A DNA stretch of 62,540 nucleotides, filler included, from assembly GCA_964501035.1 (NCBI GenBank). It is 11 parts of 11 records of this genome, joined end to end, with 100 filler letters (N's around TTAATTAATTAA, not from the genome) between each part and the next. Parts side by side here need not be neighbours in the genome. Positions count along the whole stretch, not along the records: positions 41,717 to 46,992 come from CAZCRK010000082.1; positions 47,093 to 52,279 come from CAZCRK010000083.1; positions 52,380 to 57,438 come from CAZCRK010000084.1; 8 more parts are not named here. One strand, given 5' to 3'. The position numbers were made by a program, and so were the translations under genes. The notes beneath the pieces are model-generated. The model worked only from the letters and a program-made list of their open reading frames with translations, was not told the DNA's origin and did no database searches. Below, piece after piece: positions 43,979 through 54,412 of this stretch (positions within the stretch are counted from its first letter, which is position 1; every line of letters starts with the position of its first letter).

Positions 43979-44788
43979 TTAATGTTCAGCATTAATTGCC
44001 AAACCAATAAAAACTGATGATAACAAAGTGAACACGTACGCTTGAACTAAGCTGATAATAATTTCCAAAAAATATATTGCAGTATTCAATATAACAGAAA
44101 CAATACCAACTCCAGCAGAATGTAATAAAATAGGTAAACCAAAAATCGCTACCATACCAATATGTCCGGCTGTCATATTTGCACCAAGCCTTAAGGTTAA
44201 TGCCAAAGGTCTAATAAACATACCCATAATTTCGATGGGAATCAAAATCAACAGTACGGGTGCGGGGACATTAGATGGAATCATATGTTTCCAATACCCA
44301 ATAAAACCATGTTTCATTGATCCTGCCACTATAATTGCAAAAAAAGTAATGGTTGCTAATGCTACTGTAACTGCGAAATTCCCGGTTATAGTTGAGCTTC
44401 CTCCAGGGATTAGTTCAAAGATTGGAATTAATCCTAATATATTTGCTGTTAAAATAAATATGAAATAAGTGGTTATAAGTGGCAACCAGAAATTTCCATA
44501 TTTATCACCGATATTCGGTCTGATAATATCATTCCTAATAAATTCCATTAACAATTCATACAGATGAGACAATCCTTTAGGAGTTGCATCAATGTTCCTT
44601 CGATATCTTTGAGTCCCATAAAGTGCTAGGCATATAGTCAATCCACCAACAATCCAAAGCATAATGACATGTTTTGTAATTGAGATATCTATCCCAAATA
44701 AATGTAGTGGTACAAATATATGGGTTAAATCATTGGTGACATGATGCAAAATAATATCACCAAAGGATTCACTTTGATTAGCTGACAT
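43979..44788 (-). CDS. atpB: ATP synthase F0 a
   Basis: IILHHV, RPLALTLRLGANMTAGH, LVQAYVFTLLS. Confidence 0.97.
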   Translation of the reverse strand: MSANQSESFGDIILHHVTNDLTHIFVPLHLFGIDISITKHVIMLWIVGGLTICLALYGTQRYRRNIDATPKGLSHLYELLMEFIRNDIIRPNIGDKYGNFWLPLITTYFIFILTANILGLIPIFELIPGGSSTITGNFAVTVALATITFFAIIVAGSMKHGFIGYWKHMIPSNVPAPVLLILIPIEIMGMFIRPLALTLRLGANMTAGHIGMVAIFGLPILLHSAGVGIVSVILNTAIYFLEIIISLVQAYVFTLLSSVFIGLAINAEH

Positions 44789-45092
44789 GATTTATTTCTT
44801 TTAGTTTCAAAATTTTCATAGAATGAAATGCTTCCCAAAAATGGAAAATTAATAGCGTTGTCATTCCTGTTAATATTATTCCCAACTTCATTTCCGTATA
44901 AACCAAACACGTAACTAAAATACAAAGGCATCCAATGCTTAGCTTTATAAAGAAAAATTGAAAATGATTCCTGAAAAATTCTCCAGATTTATTATTAATC
45001 CAATTAAAGTAAATTCGATATGATATTATCAATAAACTAATTAATGTTATATTTTCAATTAAAAATATGATTTTTTTAAAATAATTTTCCAA
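44778..45092 (-). CDS. Small membrane protein at the atpI position
   Basis: Hydrophobic 104-aa ORF between the AtpZ-like gene and atpB. Confidence 0.55.
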   Translation of the reverse strand: MENYFKKIIFLIENITLISLLIISYRIYFNWINNKSGEFFRNHFQFFFIKLSIGCLCILVTCLVYTEMKLGIILTGMTTLLIFHFWEAFHSMKILKLKEINHVS

Positions 45093-45268
45093 AGTTCGTA
45101 CATACTCACTGTAACTCCCAGAAGTGCTCCAAATACACTACCCCATGGTTCAATTTCAAAAGACTGTCCTATTTTCATCCCTATCCACCAAAAAATAAAT
45201 AATGTTAATACCATTTGAATTCCAATACCGGAGTATTGCAACCAATCTGATTTATTATTGCTCTTCAT
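45059..45268 (-). CDS. AtpZ/AtpI family protein
   Basis: YSGIGIQM..WIG..PW..LLGV. Confidence 0.85.
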   Translation of the reverse strand: MKSNNKSDWLQYSGIGIQMVLTLFIFWWIGMKIGQSFEIEPWGSVFGALLGVTVSMYELWKIILKKSYF

Positions 45269-45281
45269 CTATGTTAAACAA

Positions 45282-45662
45282 CTATTCGGTAATAGATGAA
45301 CTTTTATCGATTTTACTTTTCCCTGTAACCATATGACATGCTCCGTCAAATTGAGCACCTTCTTCAATGGTTAAAATTGCTGCTTTTAAATTGCCTGATA
45401 AATGGGATGAGTTACCTAGAGTAACTTTTGCTTCTACTTCAACATCGCCCTCAACATCACCACTGACAATCGCATCTCGCGCATGAATGTTCCCTTTGAC
45501 CAATGACCCTTTAGCTGTCCTCACTGAACCTTTAGATTCAATATTGCCATACACTTTGCCATAAATCAACAGACTACCCGTTGCTTTCACATCACCGTGA
45601 ATTTCTAATTCCGGCCCAAGTATCGAGCTAACTTTATTATCACTTTTGTCTGATTGAAACAT
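45282..45662 (-). CDS. Bactofilin (polymer-forming cytoskeletal protein)
   Basis: SILG..I.GDV..G.V.GNI, LTIEEGAQFDG. Confidence 0.93.
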   Translation of the reverse strand: MFQSDKSDNKVSSILGPELEIHGDVKATGSLLIYGKVYGNIESKGSVRTAKGSLVKGNIHARDAIVSGDVEGDVEVEAKVTLGNSSHLSGNLKAAILTIEEGAQFDGACHMVTGKSKIDKSSSITE

Positions 45663-46335
45663 CTTTACCTTTATACTCTTTTATGACCTCTCTTGGATCG
45701 AGAACTCGATCTTGTTTCCAAATTTCAAAATGTAAATGAGGTCCTCCACTAACTCCAGAAGCACCCACACTTGCAATAGTTTGACCTTGGGAAACTTGGT
45801 CACGCATTGATACAAAATTTGTATCATTATGTCCAAAAACTGTAAAAAACTCATCACCATGATATAGAATTAACATATTTCCAAAATCAGTTGTTTCACC
45901 CGAAAACACAACCAACCCATTGGCAGGGGCTACAATATCATCACCAAATTGTGCGGCAATATCAACCCCAGGATGATATTCATCACCCTCTCCTATCAAT
46001 CCTTTAGTAATATAGCCCATTACTGGGGGTGTCTGTGGATAACCCGAAAATTGTTTCTTTTCAAGGAATCTCTCTATGGAATGACTGGAATCAAGCACAC
46101 CTGCAACATCTAAATCTTCAATAAGCTCTAACATTCTTGCATTACGTGATTTAAGTTGCATGGTTTGAATTAAACCACCATCGTTATTCATAGCAAACAC
46201 ACCAAAAATGGCGAGAAAAATGATTGCTATTCCAAAAAACAGAGCCACTTTAATACCTAATGAAGATACATGAAGCATTTTTGTATGATCATTATTGTTT
46301 GTGGTAATTAGTATTGTGTAATTTTTATTTTTCAC
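45640..46335 (-). CDS. M23 family metallopeptidase
   Basis: HPGVD, GHN, GPHLHFEI. Confidence 0.93.
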   Translation of the reverse strand: MKNKNYTILITTNNNDHTKMLHVSSLGIKVALFFGIAIIFLAIFGVFAMNNDGGLIQTMQLKSRNARMLELIEDLDVAGVLDSSHSIERFLEKKQFSGYPQTPPVMGYITKGLIGEGDEYHPGVDIAAQFGDDIVAPANGLVVFSGETTDFGNMLILYHGDEFFTVFGHNDTNFVSMRDQVSQGQTIASVGASGVSGGPHLHFEIWKQDRVLDPREVIKEYKGKDVSIRQK

Positions 46336-46452
46336 ACCAAGTACAGGCCCGAAAATTAGGCATATATTTTAAGTGATACCAAATATTTTTTCTATAATTA
46401 AATATTTTTTTTCTATAATTTTTGGTAACTTAATAATATATTAAAATTTATA

Positions 46453-46992
46453 TTATTCCAGTGAAGTGAGCAACTCTGTTAATCGTTCAAGCTCCTCTTG
46501 GGAATGGAAGTTTATTTGGATACTACCTTTTCCACCTCTTGTTTTTTTGACTACCACTTTTGTTTGCAAAGAATCCCTTAATTCACCTTCAAGTTGTGTT
46601 AATATTTGATTCTTTTTAGGAACTATTGTTGTTTTGGTTTTTGTGCTGGGGTCAGCATTCATTTTTTTGATAATTTCTTCAATTTGCCGAACCGATAATT
46701 TTTGGTTCAAAATTTTGTGAAAAAGCATCAACATTTGTGTGGACTTTTTTAATCCTGCTAAAGAGCGAGCATGGCCAGCTGAAATTTCACCACTTTTTAA
46801 ACTGGTTTTTATTACTGGAGGAAGTTTTAATAAACGCAATTTATTGGAGATTTCTGGACGACTCTTTGATACCTTTTGAGCAATCTGATCATGCGACATT
46901 CCAAACTTGCCACTCAAAATAGCAAAACCCTCTGCTTCTTCAATTGGATTCAAATCGACCCGTTGCACATTTTCAATGAGTGCAAGTTCCAT
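46453..46992 (-). CDS. parB: Chromosome partitioning protein ParB, 5' truncated
   Basis: ALIENVQRVDLNPIEEA, KSRPEISNKLRLLKLP, ISAGHAR. Confidence 0.95.
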   Translation of the reverse strand: MELALIENVQRVDLNPIEEAEGFAILSGKFGMSHDQIAQKVSKSRPEISNKLRLLKLPPVIKTSLKSGEISAGHARSLAGLKKSTQMLMLFHKILNQKLSVRQIEEIIKKMNADPSTKTKTTIVPKKNQILTQLEGELRDSLQTKVVVKKTRGGKGSIQINFHSQEELERLTELLTSLE

Positions 46993-47092
46993 NNNNNNNN
47001 NNNNNNNNNNNNNNNNNNNNNNNNNNNNNNNNNNNNTTAATTAATTAANNNNNNNNNNNNNNNNNNNNNNNNNNNNNNNNNNNNNNNNNNNN

Positions 47093-47222
47093 CAATTAGA
47101 TAATAAATATTTTCTGGACTAGTTATTAAGCAGGCATCAAAATTATACTCTTCCATTTTAGAACGAACATTGTTAAGTCTATTTTCATGCTCCTCAGGTG
47201 GAAAATAACAAAAACCCCGCAT
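47093..47222 (-). CDS. M24 peptidase/creatinase-like N-terminal fragment
   Basis: FPPEEHENRLNNVRSKM..DACLITSPENIYYL. Confidence 0.75.
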
Positions 47223-47242
47223 AAATTAATTATAAATTTTAA

Positions 47243-48028
47243 CTAATAATCTCTAAAAAGAGTTCCATAACCATCAATTTTATCATCTATTCCAGCCATT
47301 CGTAGACAGTTCCACATCATAGATTGATTACTGGTTACAACAGGCTTGCCTGCTGATTGTTCAATTTCTTCAATAACATCTAAAGTACGTAAAGCCCCGC
47401 AACTTATAAATATTGCTTGAGCATCAGGATGGTCTACAGCTTTTGCAAATTTGGATATGAAACTTGGTTTTACACTAGTTATTTGACTATCATATGTTAG
47501 ATTTAATCCTTGCACATTTAATAATTCAAATCCTTTATCTTCAAGATATCTTGTTTCAATAGTATTTATGTCATCCGTATAAGGAGTGGCCATAACTATG
47601 CGCTTAACTGAAAGAGTTTGTAAAGCTCGTATAGCGCCAGTAATCAGCGTTGTAGGTTTTCTATTTGGATTTCCCTTAAGAAGTTCTTTTTCTACGTTTT
47701 CTTCTCCAATAACTACACTCCCCGAAGTACAAGCATAGCAAACAACTTTTAGATCAAATTCAGGCATAAATTCTTTTGAAGTTTCTGCTAAACTACTTTG
47801 CATAGAAGCTAAGTTTTCTACTGTACACCCAACGGGCATTTTTGATCTTACAAAATGTGTTTCAACTCCTTCGGGGGCCAGTCTGGTCATATCTCCTTCA
47901 ATTATTGTTTCATTCTGTATAAGTATGAAACCAATTCTCGCACGCCAAGCTCTACTTTCATCAAATTCTGTATCCCATTTTTTTGATTTAATAAAAAATT
48001 CGTTATTTTTTTTTGCAGTTAAATTCAT
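47243..48028 (-). CDS. Asp/Glu racemase superfamily, maleate isomerase/EutA-like
   Basis: YACTSGS, ATPY, FISCGALR, KPVVTSNQ. Confidence 0.9.
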   Translation of the reverse strand: MNLTAKKNNEFFIKSKKWDTEFDESRAWRARIGFILIQNETIIEGDMTRLAPEGVETHFVRSKMPVGCTVENLASMQSSLAETSKEFMPEFDLKVVCYACTSGSVVIGEENVEKELLKGNPNRKPTTLITGAIRALQTLSVKRIVMATPYTDDINTIETRYLEDKGFELLNVQGLNLTYDSQITSVKPSFISKFAKAVDHPDAQAIFISCGALRTLDVIEEIEQSAGKPVVTSNQSMMWNCLRMAGIDDKIDGYGTLFRDY

Positions 48029-48152
48029 AATATTATTCCACTATTTTTCTTTATTGCAGCCTATAATATATTATATTAAAACACAAGCTGTGTGTATAAC
48101 ATGAAGTTTTACTTCTGCATTTTACAATGAAAAATATTGATAGGCTTATAAA

Positions 48153-48431
48153 ATGTTAATACCTTGTCCGTGGTGTGGTTACAGAGATGACGCAGAGTTT
48201 TCATATGGAGGAGAAGCTCATCTAGAAAGACCTAAGGATTCGTGTTCAGATAAAGAGTGGAATGAGTATATCTTTATGCGAAAAAATATTAAAGGTGAAT
48301 ATAAGGAACGCTGGAATCATAGCAATGGATGCCGACAATGGTTTAATGCAATTCGCGATACAACAACAAACACTTTTCTGAAAATAAGCAAACCTGGAGA
48401 GAATTACACTAATATAGAAAATGATAATTGA
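48153..48431 (+). CDS. soxD: Sarcosine oxidase delta subunit-like
   Basis: IPCPWCG.R...EFSYGGEAH..ERW.H..GCRQWFNA.RDT. Confidence 0.93.
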   Translation: MLIPCPWCGYRDDAEFSYGGEAHLERPKDSCSDKEWNEYIFMRKNIKGEYKERWNHSNGCRQWFNAIRDTTTNTFLKISKPGENYTNIENDN

Positions 48432-48435
48432 AAGA

Positions 48436-49023
48436 ATGACTAATTTATCCAATGGCATAAGCCCTTTAAGAAACTTAACTAATAAGTATCAAGATTCAAC
48501 AAAACCAGATCCTTCTGCATTTTTAATGAAAGAAAAATTATTTCTTGGTAAAATTTCTTTATTTGGAAAAGAGGATTTTTTTTTTGAAAAAATATCAAAT
48601 AAATTTAATATTGCCCTGCCTACATTGCCAAACACAACTACAACTAATGATAAAATAACAGCATTATGGCTATCTCAAAAAGAGTGGCTCATAGTTGTAA
48701 ATCCTTCAATAAATAATGAAGAAGTTGAATCATTGCAAAATGAAATCAGTAATACTCATTCTCTTGCAATAGATGTAAGTGATCGCTGGACAACAATTAA
48801 TATATCAGGAAATAAAGTCATAGACGTTTTATCTAAAGGAACTTTTGTTGATTTGGATAATTCAGTTTTTGGAGCAGGGGCATGTGTTCAGACTACATTA
48901 TGGACTGCCAATGTTATTATTTATAAAATTGATTCAAAACCATCTTTTGATTTATTTGTTGATAGTACTATGGCAACATTTCTCTGGCAATGGTTAGAAC
49001 ATTCTTCAAAGGAATATATATGA
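48436..49023 (+). CDS. soxG: Sarcosine oxidase gamma subunit-like
   Basis: LP..PNT, LWLS..EWLI, DVSD, DL...F..G.C.QT, FLWQWL. Confidence 0.85.
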   Translation: MTNLSNGISPLRNLTNKYQDSTKPDPSAFLMKEKLFLGKISLFGKEDFFFEKISNKFNIALPTLPNTTTTNDKITALWLSQKEWLIVVNPSINNEEVESLQNEISNTHSLAIDVSDRWTTINISGNKVIDVLSKGTFVDLDNSVFGAGACVQTTLWTANVIIYKIDSKPSFDLFVDSTMATFLWQWLEHSSKEYI

Positions 49024-49598
49024 GTGAAATATTTAAGAAAAGAACATTNNNNNNNNNNNNNNNNNNNNNNNNNNNNNNNNNNNNNNNNNNNNNNNNNNNN
49101 NNNNNNNNNNNNNNNNNNNNNNNNNNNNNNNNNNNNNNNNNNNNNNNNGACCCTGTATTTTTGTGTTTTTGTGCAATTTGTCATTTTAAACAATTAAAAA
49201 TTGGATACGATCGTCAATATTACGTAGGTGAAATATCTGATGAGCATGCTCGAATTTATGAAATTGCTGTTGAAGCACAACAAGCATCTATAAAAGAAAT
49301 GAAGCCTGGAGTTACTGCTGAACAAGTTAATGCTGCTTCGGATGAAGTATACAAAAGTCATGATATGGGTTTTTGTTATCGTACAGGGCGGGCTGTTGGA
49401 TATTCATCACTTGAAAAACCAGAATTAAAGAAAGGTGATAAAACAATCTTATCCGCTGGTATGGTTTTTGCAGTAGATGGCGGAGTAACTATTCCAGATA
49501 AATTTGGAGCTCGAATAGGAGATACAATTTTAGTAACTGAAAATGGATCAGAATGTATTACTGAATATCCAAGGAATGAACCAGTAATTAAAGGATAA
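49020..49598 (+). CDS. M24 family peptidase/hydrolase (large internal gap)
   Basis: ATGA overlap with soxG; YRTGRAVG, GMVFAVDGG, GARIGDTILVTENG.E.IT.YPR. Confidence 0.8.
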   Translation: MSEIFKKRTXXXXXXXXXXXXXXXXXXXXXXXXXXXXXXXXXXDPVFLCFCAICHFKQLKIGYDRQYYVGEISDEHARIYEIAVEAQQASIKEMKPGVTAEQVNAASDEVYKSHDMGFCYRTGRAVGYSSLEKPELKKGDKTILSAGMVFAVDGGVTIPDKFGARIGDTILVTENGSECITEYPRNEPVIKG

Positions 49599-49608
49599 AA
49601 AACTTAAT

Positions 49609-50859
49609 ATGCGTTATTCAATAACAAGTCTTGTTCGCAACGCATTTTACAATCACAATAAATGGCCTCTAGCCTGGCGGAGTCCAGAACCAAAATCAAG
49701 TTACGATGTAATTGTTGTTGGAGGTGGAGGTCATGGATTGGCAACAGCTTACTATCTTGCAAAGAATCACGGTATTAACAATGTTGCAGTTCTAGAAAAA
49801 GGCTGGCTTGGCGGAGGAAATACTGGAAGGAATACTACAAATATAAGATCAGATTATTTAACTCCTGAAGCAACTGGTTTTTATGGCTTCTCAGTTGACT
49901 TGTGGGAAACATTATCTCAAGATTTAAACTTCAACCAAATGTGGTCTAAACGAGGCGTTGTTAAGATAGCTCATGGTCGAGCGGAATATCGTCAATTGGT
50001 AAGAAGGGCGAATGCACTACATATGGCTAATTTGGATTATGAAATGTTGACCCCAAATCAGTTGAAAAAAATGATTCCAATACTTGATACTTCTTCTCGA
50101 CCACGATTTCCAATTATTGGAGGAGTTATTCAAAGAAAAGCTGGTATTGCTAGACACGATGCAGTTGCTTGGGGCTTCGCACGAGCAGGCAACTCTTTGG
50201 GCGTAGATATTATACAAAATTGTGAAGTATTAGGTTTTAAAATTAATAACAACAGTATTGAAGGAGTTGAAACAAATAAAGGATTTATTCAATCAAAAAA
50301 AGTTGCAATAGTTGTAGCAGGTCAATCAAGTCATTTAGCTGATATGCTTGGTGTCAGATTGCCAATTACTACATTTCCTCTCCAAGCATGGGTTTCAGAA
50401 CCTCTAAAACCTTGCCTACCTTCAATGGTGGCATCAATGGATTATCAATTTTATGTTAATCAATCAGATAAAGGGGAGTTAGTTATAGGGGCTGATCGAG
50501 ATGTTTATACATCTTTTCAGGCAAGAGGCTCTATTAGACATCTTAAAAATGGTCTAGCTGGAATGATTGAATTATTTCCAATATTTAGCAGACTTAAAAT
50601 GTTACGCCAATGGGCTGGAAACATAGACGATACACCTGATCATAGTCCACTAATGACTAAACTACCTATAAACGGAGTCTATTTAAATGGAGGATGGGGT
50701 ACAGGTGGTTTTAAAGCAACACCTGGTTCAGGTTTTGTATTTGCAGACACTATTGCACATGATCGACCCCACCCACTTGCAGAGCCTTTTAGTTTAAATC
50801 GTTTTGAAAAAGCCCGTCTGGTAGGCGAGCATTTGGCCGCTGGTGGCTATTCATCATGA
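49609..50859 (+). CDS. soxB: Sarcosine oxidase beta subunit family
   Basis: VGGGGHGLATAYYLAK, GGGNTGRNTT, ARHDAVAWG, GWGTGGFKATPGSG. Confidence 0.95.
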   Translation: MRYSITSLVRNAFYNHNKWPLAWRSPEPKSSYDVIVVGGGGHGLATAYYLAKNHGINNVAVLEKGWLGGGNTGRNTTNIRSDYLTPEATGFYGFSVDLWETLSQDLNFNQMWSKRGVVKIAHGRAEYRQLVRRANALHMANLDYEMLTPNQLKKMIPILDTSSRPRFPIIGGVIQRKAGIARHDAVAWGFARAGNSLGVDIIQNCEVLGFKINNNSIEGVETNKGFIQSKKVAIVVAGQSSHLADMLGVRLPITTFPLQAWVSEPLKPCLPSMVASMDYQFYVNQSDKGELVIGADRDVYTSFQARGSIRHLKNGLAGMIELFPIFSRLKMLRQWAGNIDDTPDHSPLMTKLPINGVYLNGGWGTGGFKATPGSGFVFADTIAHDRPHPLAEPFSLNRFEKARLVGEHLAAGGYSS

Positions 50860-52279
50860 AAAAACAAATATTTCGTAACTCAACAGGAGGTCATATTGAT
50901 CGTGAAAATATAATTTCTTTTTCTTTTAATGAGCTAAAACTTAATGGTTATGAAGGGGATACACTTGCATCAGCTTTAATAGCCAATGGTATTCATTTAA
51001 CTAGTCGTAGTTTTAAATATCATAGACCCAGAGGTATTTTTTCTTCAGGACCAGAGGAACCTAATGCATATTTACAGGTTAAAGCTGGTAATTTTGAAGA
51101 GCCCAATGTTGCGGCATCTTTAATTGAGATTTTCAATGGATTAGAAGCTAGGAGTTCCAATTGCTGGCCTAGTGTTAATTTTGATTTAGGCGCAATAAAC
51201 AATATTCTATCCCCGATTTTTATTGCTGGTTTTTATTATAAAACTTTTATGCATCCTCGTCGGTTGTGGCCTTTTTATGAAAAATTAATTCGCAAAATGG
51301 CAGGCGTTGGAACTATACCAGCTGAAAATGATACTGAGAAATATGAAGAATATAATACGCATGTCGATATAATTATTATTGGTGGTGGCCCATCAGGCTT
51401 GACAGCAGCTCTTTCGGCTTCAAGAAATGGTTTAAAAATTCTTTTAGTTGAAGCAAATAAAGATTTAGGCGGTATGTTGTTGAGCGATAGTGATCAAGAA
51501 ATTGAGGGTAAATTATCTAAAGATTGGATTGCAGAAACAATTAAAGAATTAAAAGAAAATAATAAAGTACGCATACTTAATCGAACTTCTATATTTGGAT
51601 ATTATGATCACAATTTATTACTTGGGTTAGAAAAATGTAATGATCATTTACCAATTGAAAAAAGAAAAGGTTGTGGACAAAGATTATGGCAAATTAGAGC
51701 TAAGCAAGTAGTAATAGCAACTGGATCTCATGAGAGATCTTTAGTATTTGCAAATAATGATCGACCTGGGATTATGTTAGCATCAGCTGCAAGAACTTAC
51801 GTTAATAAGTTTGCGGCTCGACCAGGCAAAAATAGTGTAATTTTTACCAATAATGATTCAGCTTATTATACAGCTGAAGATCTTTTGAAAAATGGTGTAA
51901 ACGTAATAGCAATTGTCGATACAAGGAACAAGAAAGGTTACATAGCAGATACTTTAAAGAATAAAGGAGTTGAAATTATTCATAACTCAGTAGTTGTTGA
52001 TGTGAAGGGATCAAAACATATATCGGGAGTAATGATTTCTAAATATGATCCTACTATAGAGAAATTGAATTCGAAAGAAAAATTTAGAAATATAGATTGT
52101 GACTTATTATGTGTTTCAGGAGGGTGGAATCCAGTAATTCATTTACATTCTCAATCTGGAGGCAAACTGAAGTATAACGAAGAGTATGCATGTTTAGTTC
52201 CAAAATCTTCATTACAAAAATCACAAGTTATTGGATCAGCCAATGGATCATTTGCTTTACAAGATTGTCTTCAAGAAGG
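50856..52279 (+). CDS. soxA: Sarcosine oxidase alpha subunit family, 3' truncated
   Basis: GDTLASALIANG..RSFKYHRPRG, AGFYYKTFM, FANNDRPGIMLA. Confidence 0.95.
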
Positions 52280-52430
52280 NNNNNNNNNNNNNNNNNNNNN
52301 NNNNNNNNNNNNNNNNNNNNNNNTTAATTAATTAANNNNNNNNNNNNNNNNNNNNNNNNNNNNNNNNNNNNNNNNNNNNATGACAATTGATAGATAATTC
52401 AACCAGAATCGATTCATTATAACTCTCATT

Positions 52431-54311
52431 TTATTTTGTTCTTTGTTGATTAGTTAAAAAAGAATAGATGTTATTTAATAATCTGATCATCAATTCTTCA
52501 TCTAATTTGGATTTATACATTTCCTCATAATCTATTATAGTGTTTCCATAACCAGTTAAGTTTGCTTCAGATTCATTTGTACCCCGGACTATTTTTTCAA
52601 GTAATAACGATTCACCTCTATTAAAGTAATCCTTAACCCAGTTTCTATTCTCCAAATAATCATTTATATCGGTTTGTGAAATCGCCAATCTGAAAACGAA
52701 TGGTCTCTTTTTAATACTAACAATTGAGCCAATTTGTTTACGATCATAAACAAGTGTGACATACCGAGAGCCTGATTTCTTATATTCTAACTGATTATTT
52801 CTATACAATTCCGATTGCATAAACACATTTTTTAAAAAATCATTACGTACTTTTTTATTTGGTTCACCATTATTGTTTTGAAACAATGTTTCAACCAAAT
52901 ATTCTCTTGGCCTTTGTGTTGTGCTCACATTTGTCATTTTGGCAAGTTCCATCATCGTAAGAACAGGCTCCATTTCTTTGGAGCTTATTTGGCCATCGCT
53001 ATTTTTATCCAATAAAGAAAAAAGAGTGTCAAAAAATGTAGAGATATTGTTCTTTACGGCATCTTCATCAGGAACTCTTTCAAATAACCTTTTTGCTTCT
53101 GGTAAAGAATTAAGATAATCCCAGCTCTCTAATTCAGAAACTGTATCTGCAGTAGGGTTTTTTGCTAGATAGGAAAATAGTTCAGGCCAGGCAATCTGCA
53201 TACAAATCAATGCATAAAGTACAAGCATATCATTTTTTTCAGGAGTTTTTGAAGAGAACTTTGTTCTGATATCATCCAGAAGTTTTGCATAATTCATAAC
53301 TCTTTTAATACTTCTTGGATTTCTACCCACTGTACAAACTGTAATATTCCTAAAAAATCCAATATCTCCATCAATTAATCCGGACTGTTTTTCCCTGAAT
53401 TGACCTTCTGACTTAAATTGGGTATAATTAATTTTGGTAATCAAATGCATTAAATATTGATCAATATCATAACTTGAATTTGGCATTTCAAATGGCAACT
53501 GAATAATTTTATCAAAGAATGATTTACCACTTGTTTTTTGAAGATCAACACCAAGTTTTTCTGCCATTCCCATTTGAACAACCTCATAATCAACAGCTAA
53601 TACAAAAACGCAACCAGGGATATCCATAAAATTTTTAATGGACTCTAACAACTCCAAAGATTTAATTGGTTTTACTCTATCTAAATCATCAATAAAGATG
53701 ACAACCCTATTTTTTGGCTCTTTTTTCTCTGTCCATAACTTCACTAATGCCTCAAACTGTTTTTTAAACTGAAACATTTGGTCTGCTAGATCTTCATATA
53801 CTTTATGTTCTTTACCTTGAATCTTATCTGCTACCTCACCAACATTTACGTTAACCCCTGGTACTTTGACAGTTACTGATTGTATTACATTCCATAGGGT
53901 TGAACTTGCATTGTCAAATTTTTCTTTTAAACTATCATTCTTTTTCCCTATAGCCGGTCTGTCTTCCAGACCATCTTTCACTTTTTTTGTGAGAGCTTCA
54001 ATACACGCAAGTCCTAAATATTCATCCTGACCAAATTGAGAATATGACCAAGTATTAAAATCAATCTTTATACAATCAGAATGGGTGAGAATACCCTTAA
54101 TTAGATTCATTAAACTTGTCTTACCAATCCCCCAATCACCTTGCAAACCAATAGTCATTGGCGTATCACAATCCTCGATGAAAGTAGCTAAAGCTTGTGC
54201 ATAAGGGAGGATACCAATAGTATCTTCATCGATTTCTTTTGCTCCTTTTAATCCCTTTATCCTTTCAGGGGTTTGTACTGGTATATCTTGTAGTGATGCT
54301 TTAATTGCCAT
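52431..54311 (-). CDS. KAP family P-loop NTPase with an EF-hand loop and uncharacterised C-terminal domain
   Basis: Walker A TIGLQGDWGIGKTS, Walker B VVIFIDDLDR, FFDKIIQLPF, NPRSIKR; DKNSDGQISSKE. Confidence 0.92.
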   Translation of the reverse strand: MAIKASLQDIPVQTPERIKGLKGAKEIDEDTIGILPYAQALATFIEDCDTPMTIGLQGDWGIGKTSLMNLIKGILTHSDCIKIDFNTWSYSQFGQDEYLGLACIEALTKKVKDGLEDRPAIGKKNDSLKEKFDNASSTLWNVIQSVTVKVPGVNVNVGEVADKIQGKEHKVYEDLADQMFQFKKQFEALVKLWTEKKEPKNRVVIFIDDLDRVKPIKSLELLESIKNFMDIPGCVFVLAVDYEVVQMGMAEKLGVDLQKTSGKSFFDKIIQLPFEMPNSSYDIDQYLMHLITKINYTQFKSEGQFREKQSGLIDGDIGFFRNITVCTVGRNPRSIKRVMNYAKLLDDIRTKFSSKTPEKNDMLVLYALICMQIAWPELFSYLAKNPTADTVSELESWDYLNSLPEAKRLFERVPDEDAVKNNISTFFDTLFSLLDKNSDGQISSKEMEPVLTMMELAKMTNVSTTQRPREYLVETLFQNNNGEPNKKVRNDFLKNVFMQSELYRNNQLEYKKSGSRYVTLVYDRKQIGSIVSIKKRPFVFRLAISQTDINDYLENRNWVKDYFNRGESLLLEKIVRGTNESEANLTGYGNTIIDYEEMYKSKLDEELMIRLLNNIYSFLTNQQRTK

Positions 54312-54412
54312 TTTATTGATCACGTTTATTTTGGTTAACAATTGTAATTATCGATTCGTTTTTCAAATTATTTCAACTCAAACAAAACTATTATCCCTTT
54401 ATTTCACATTCA

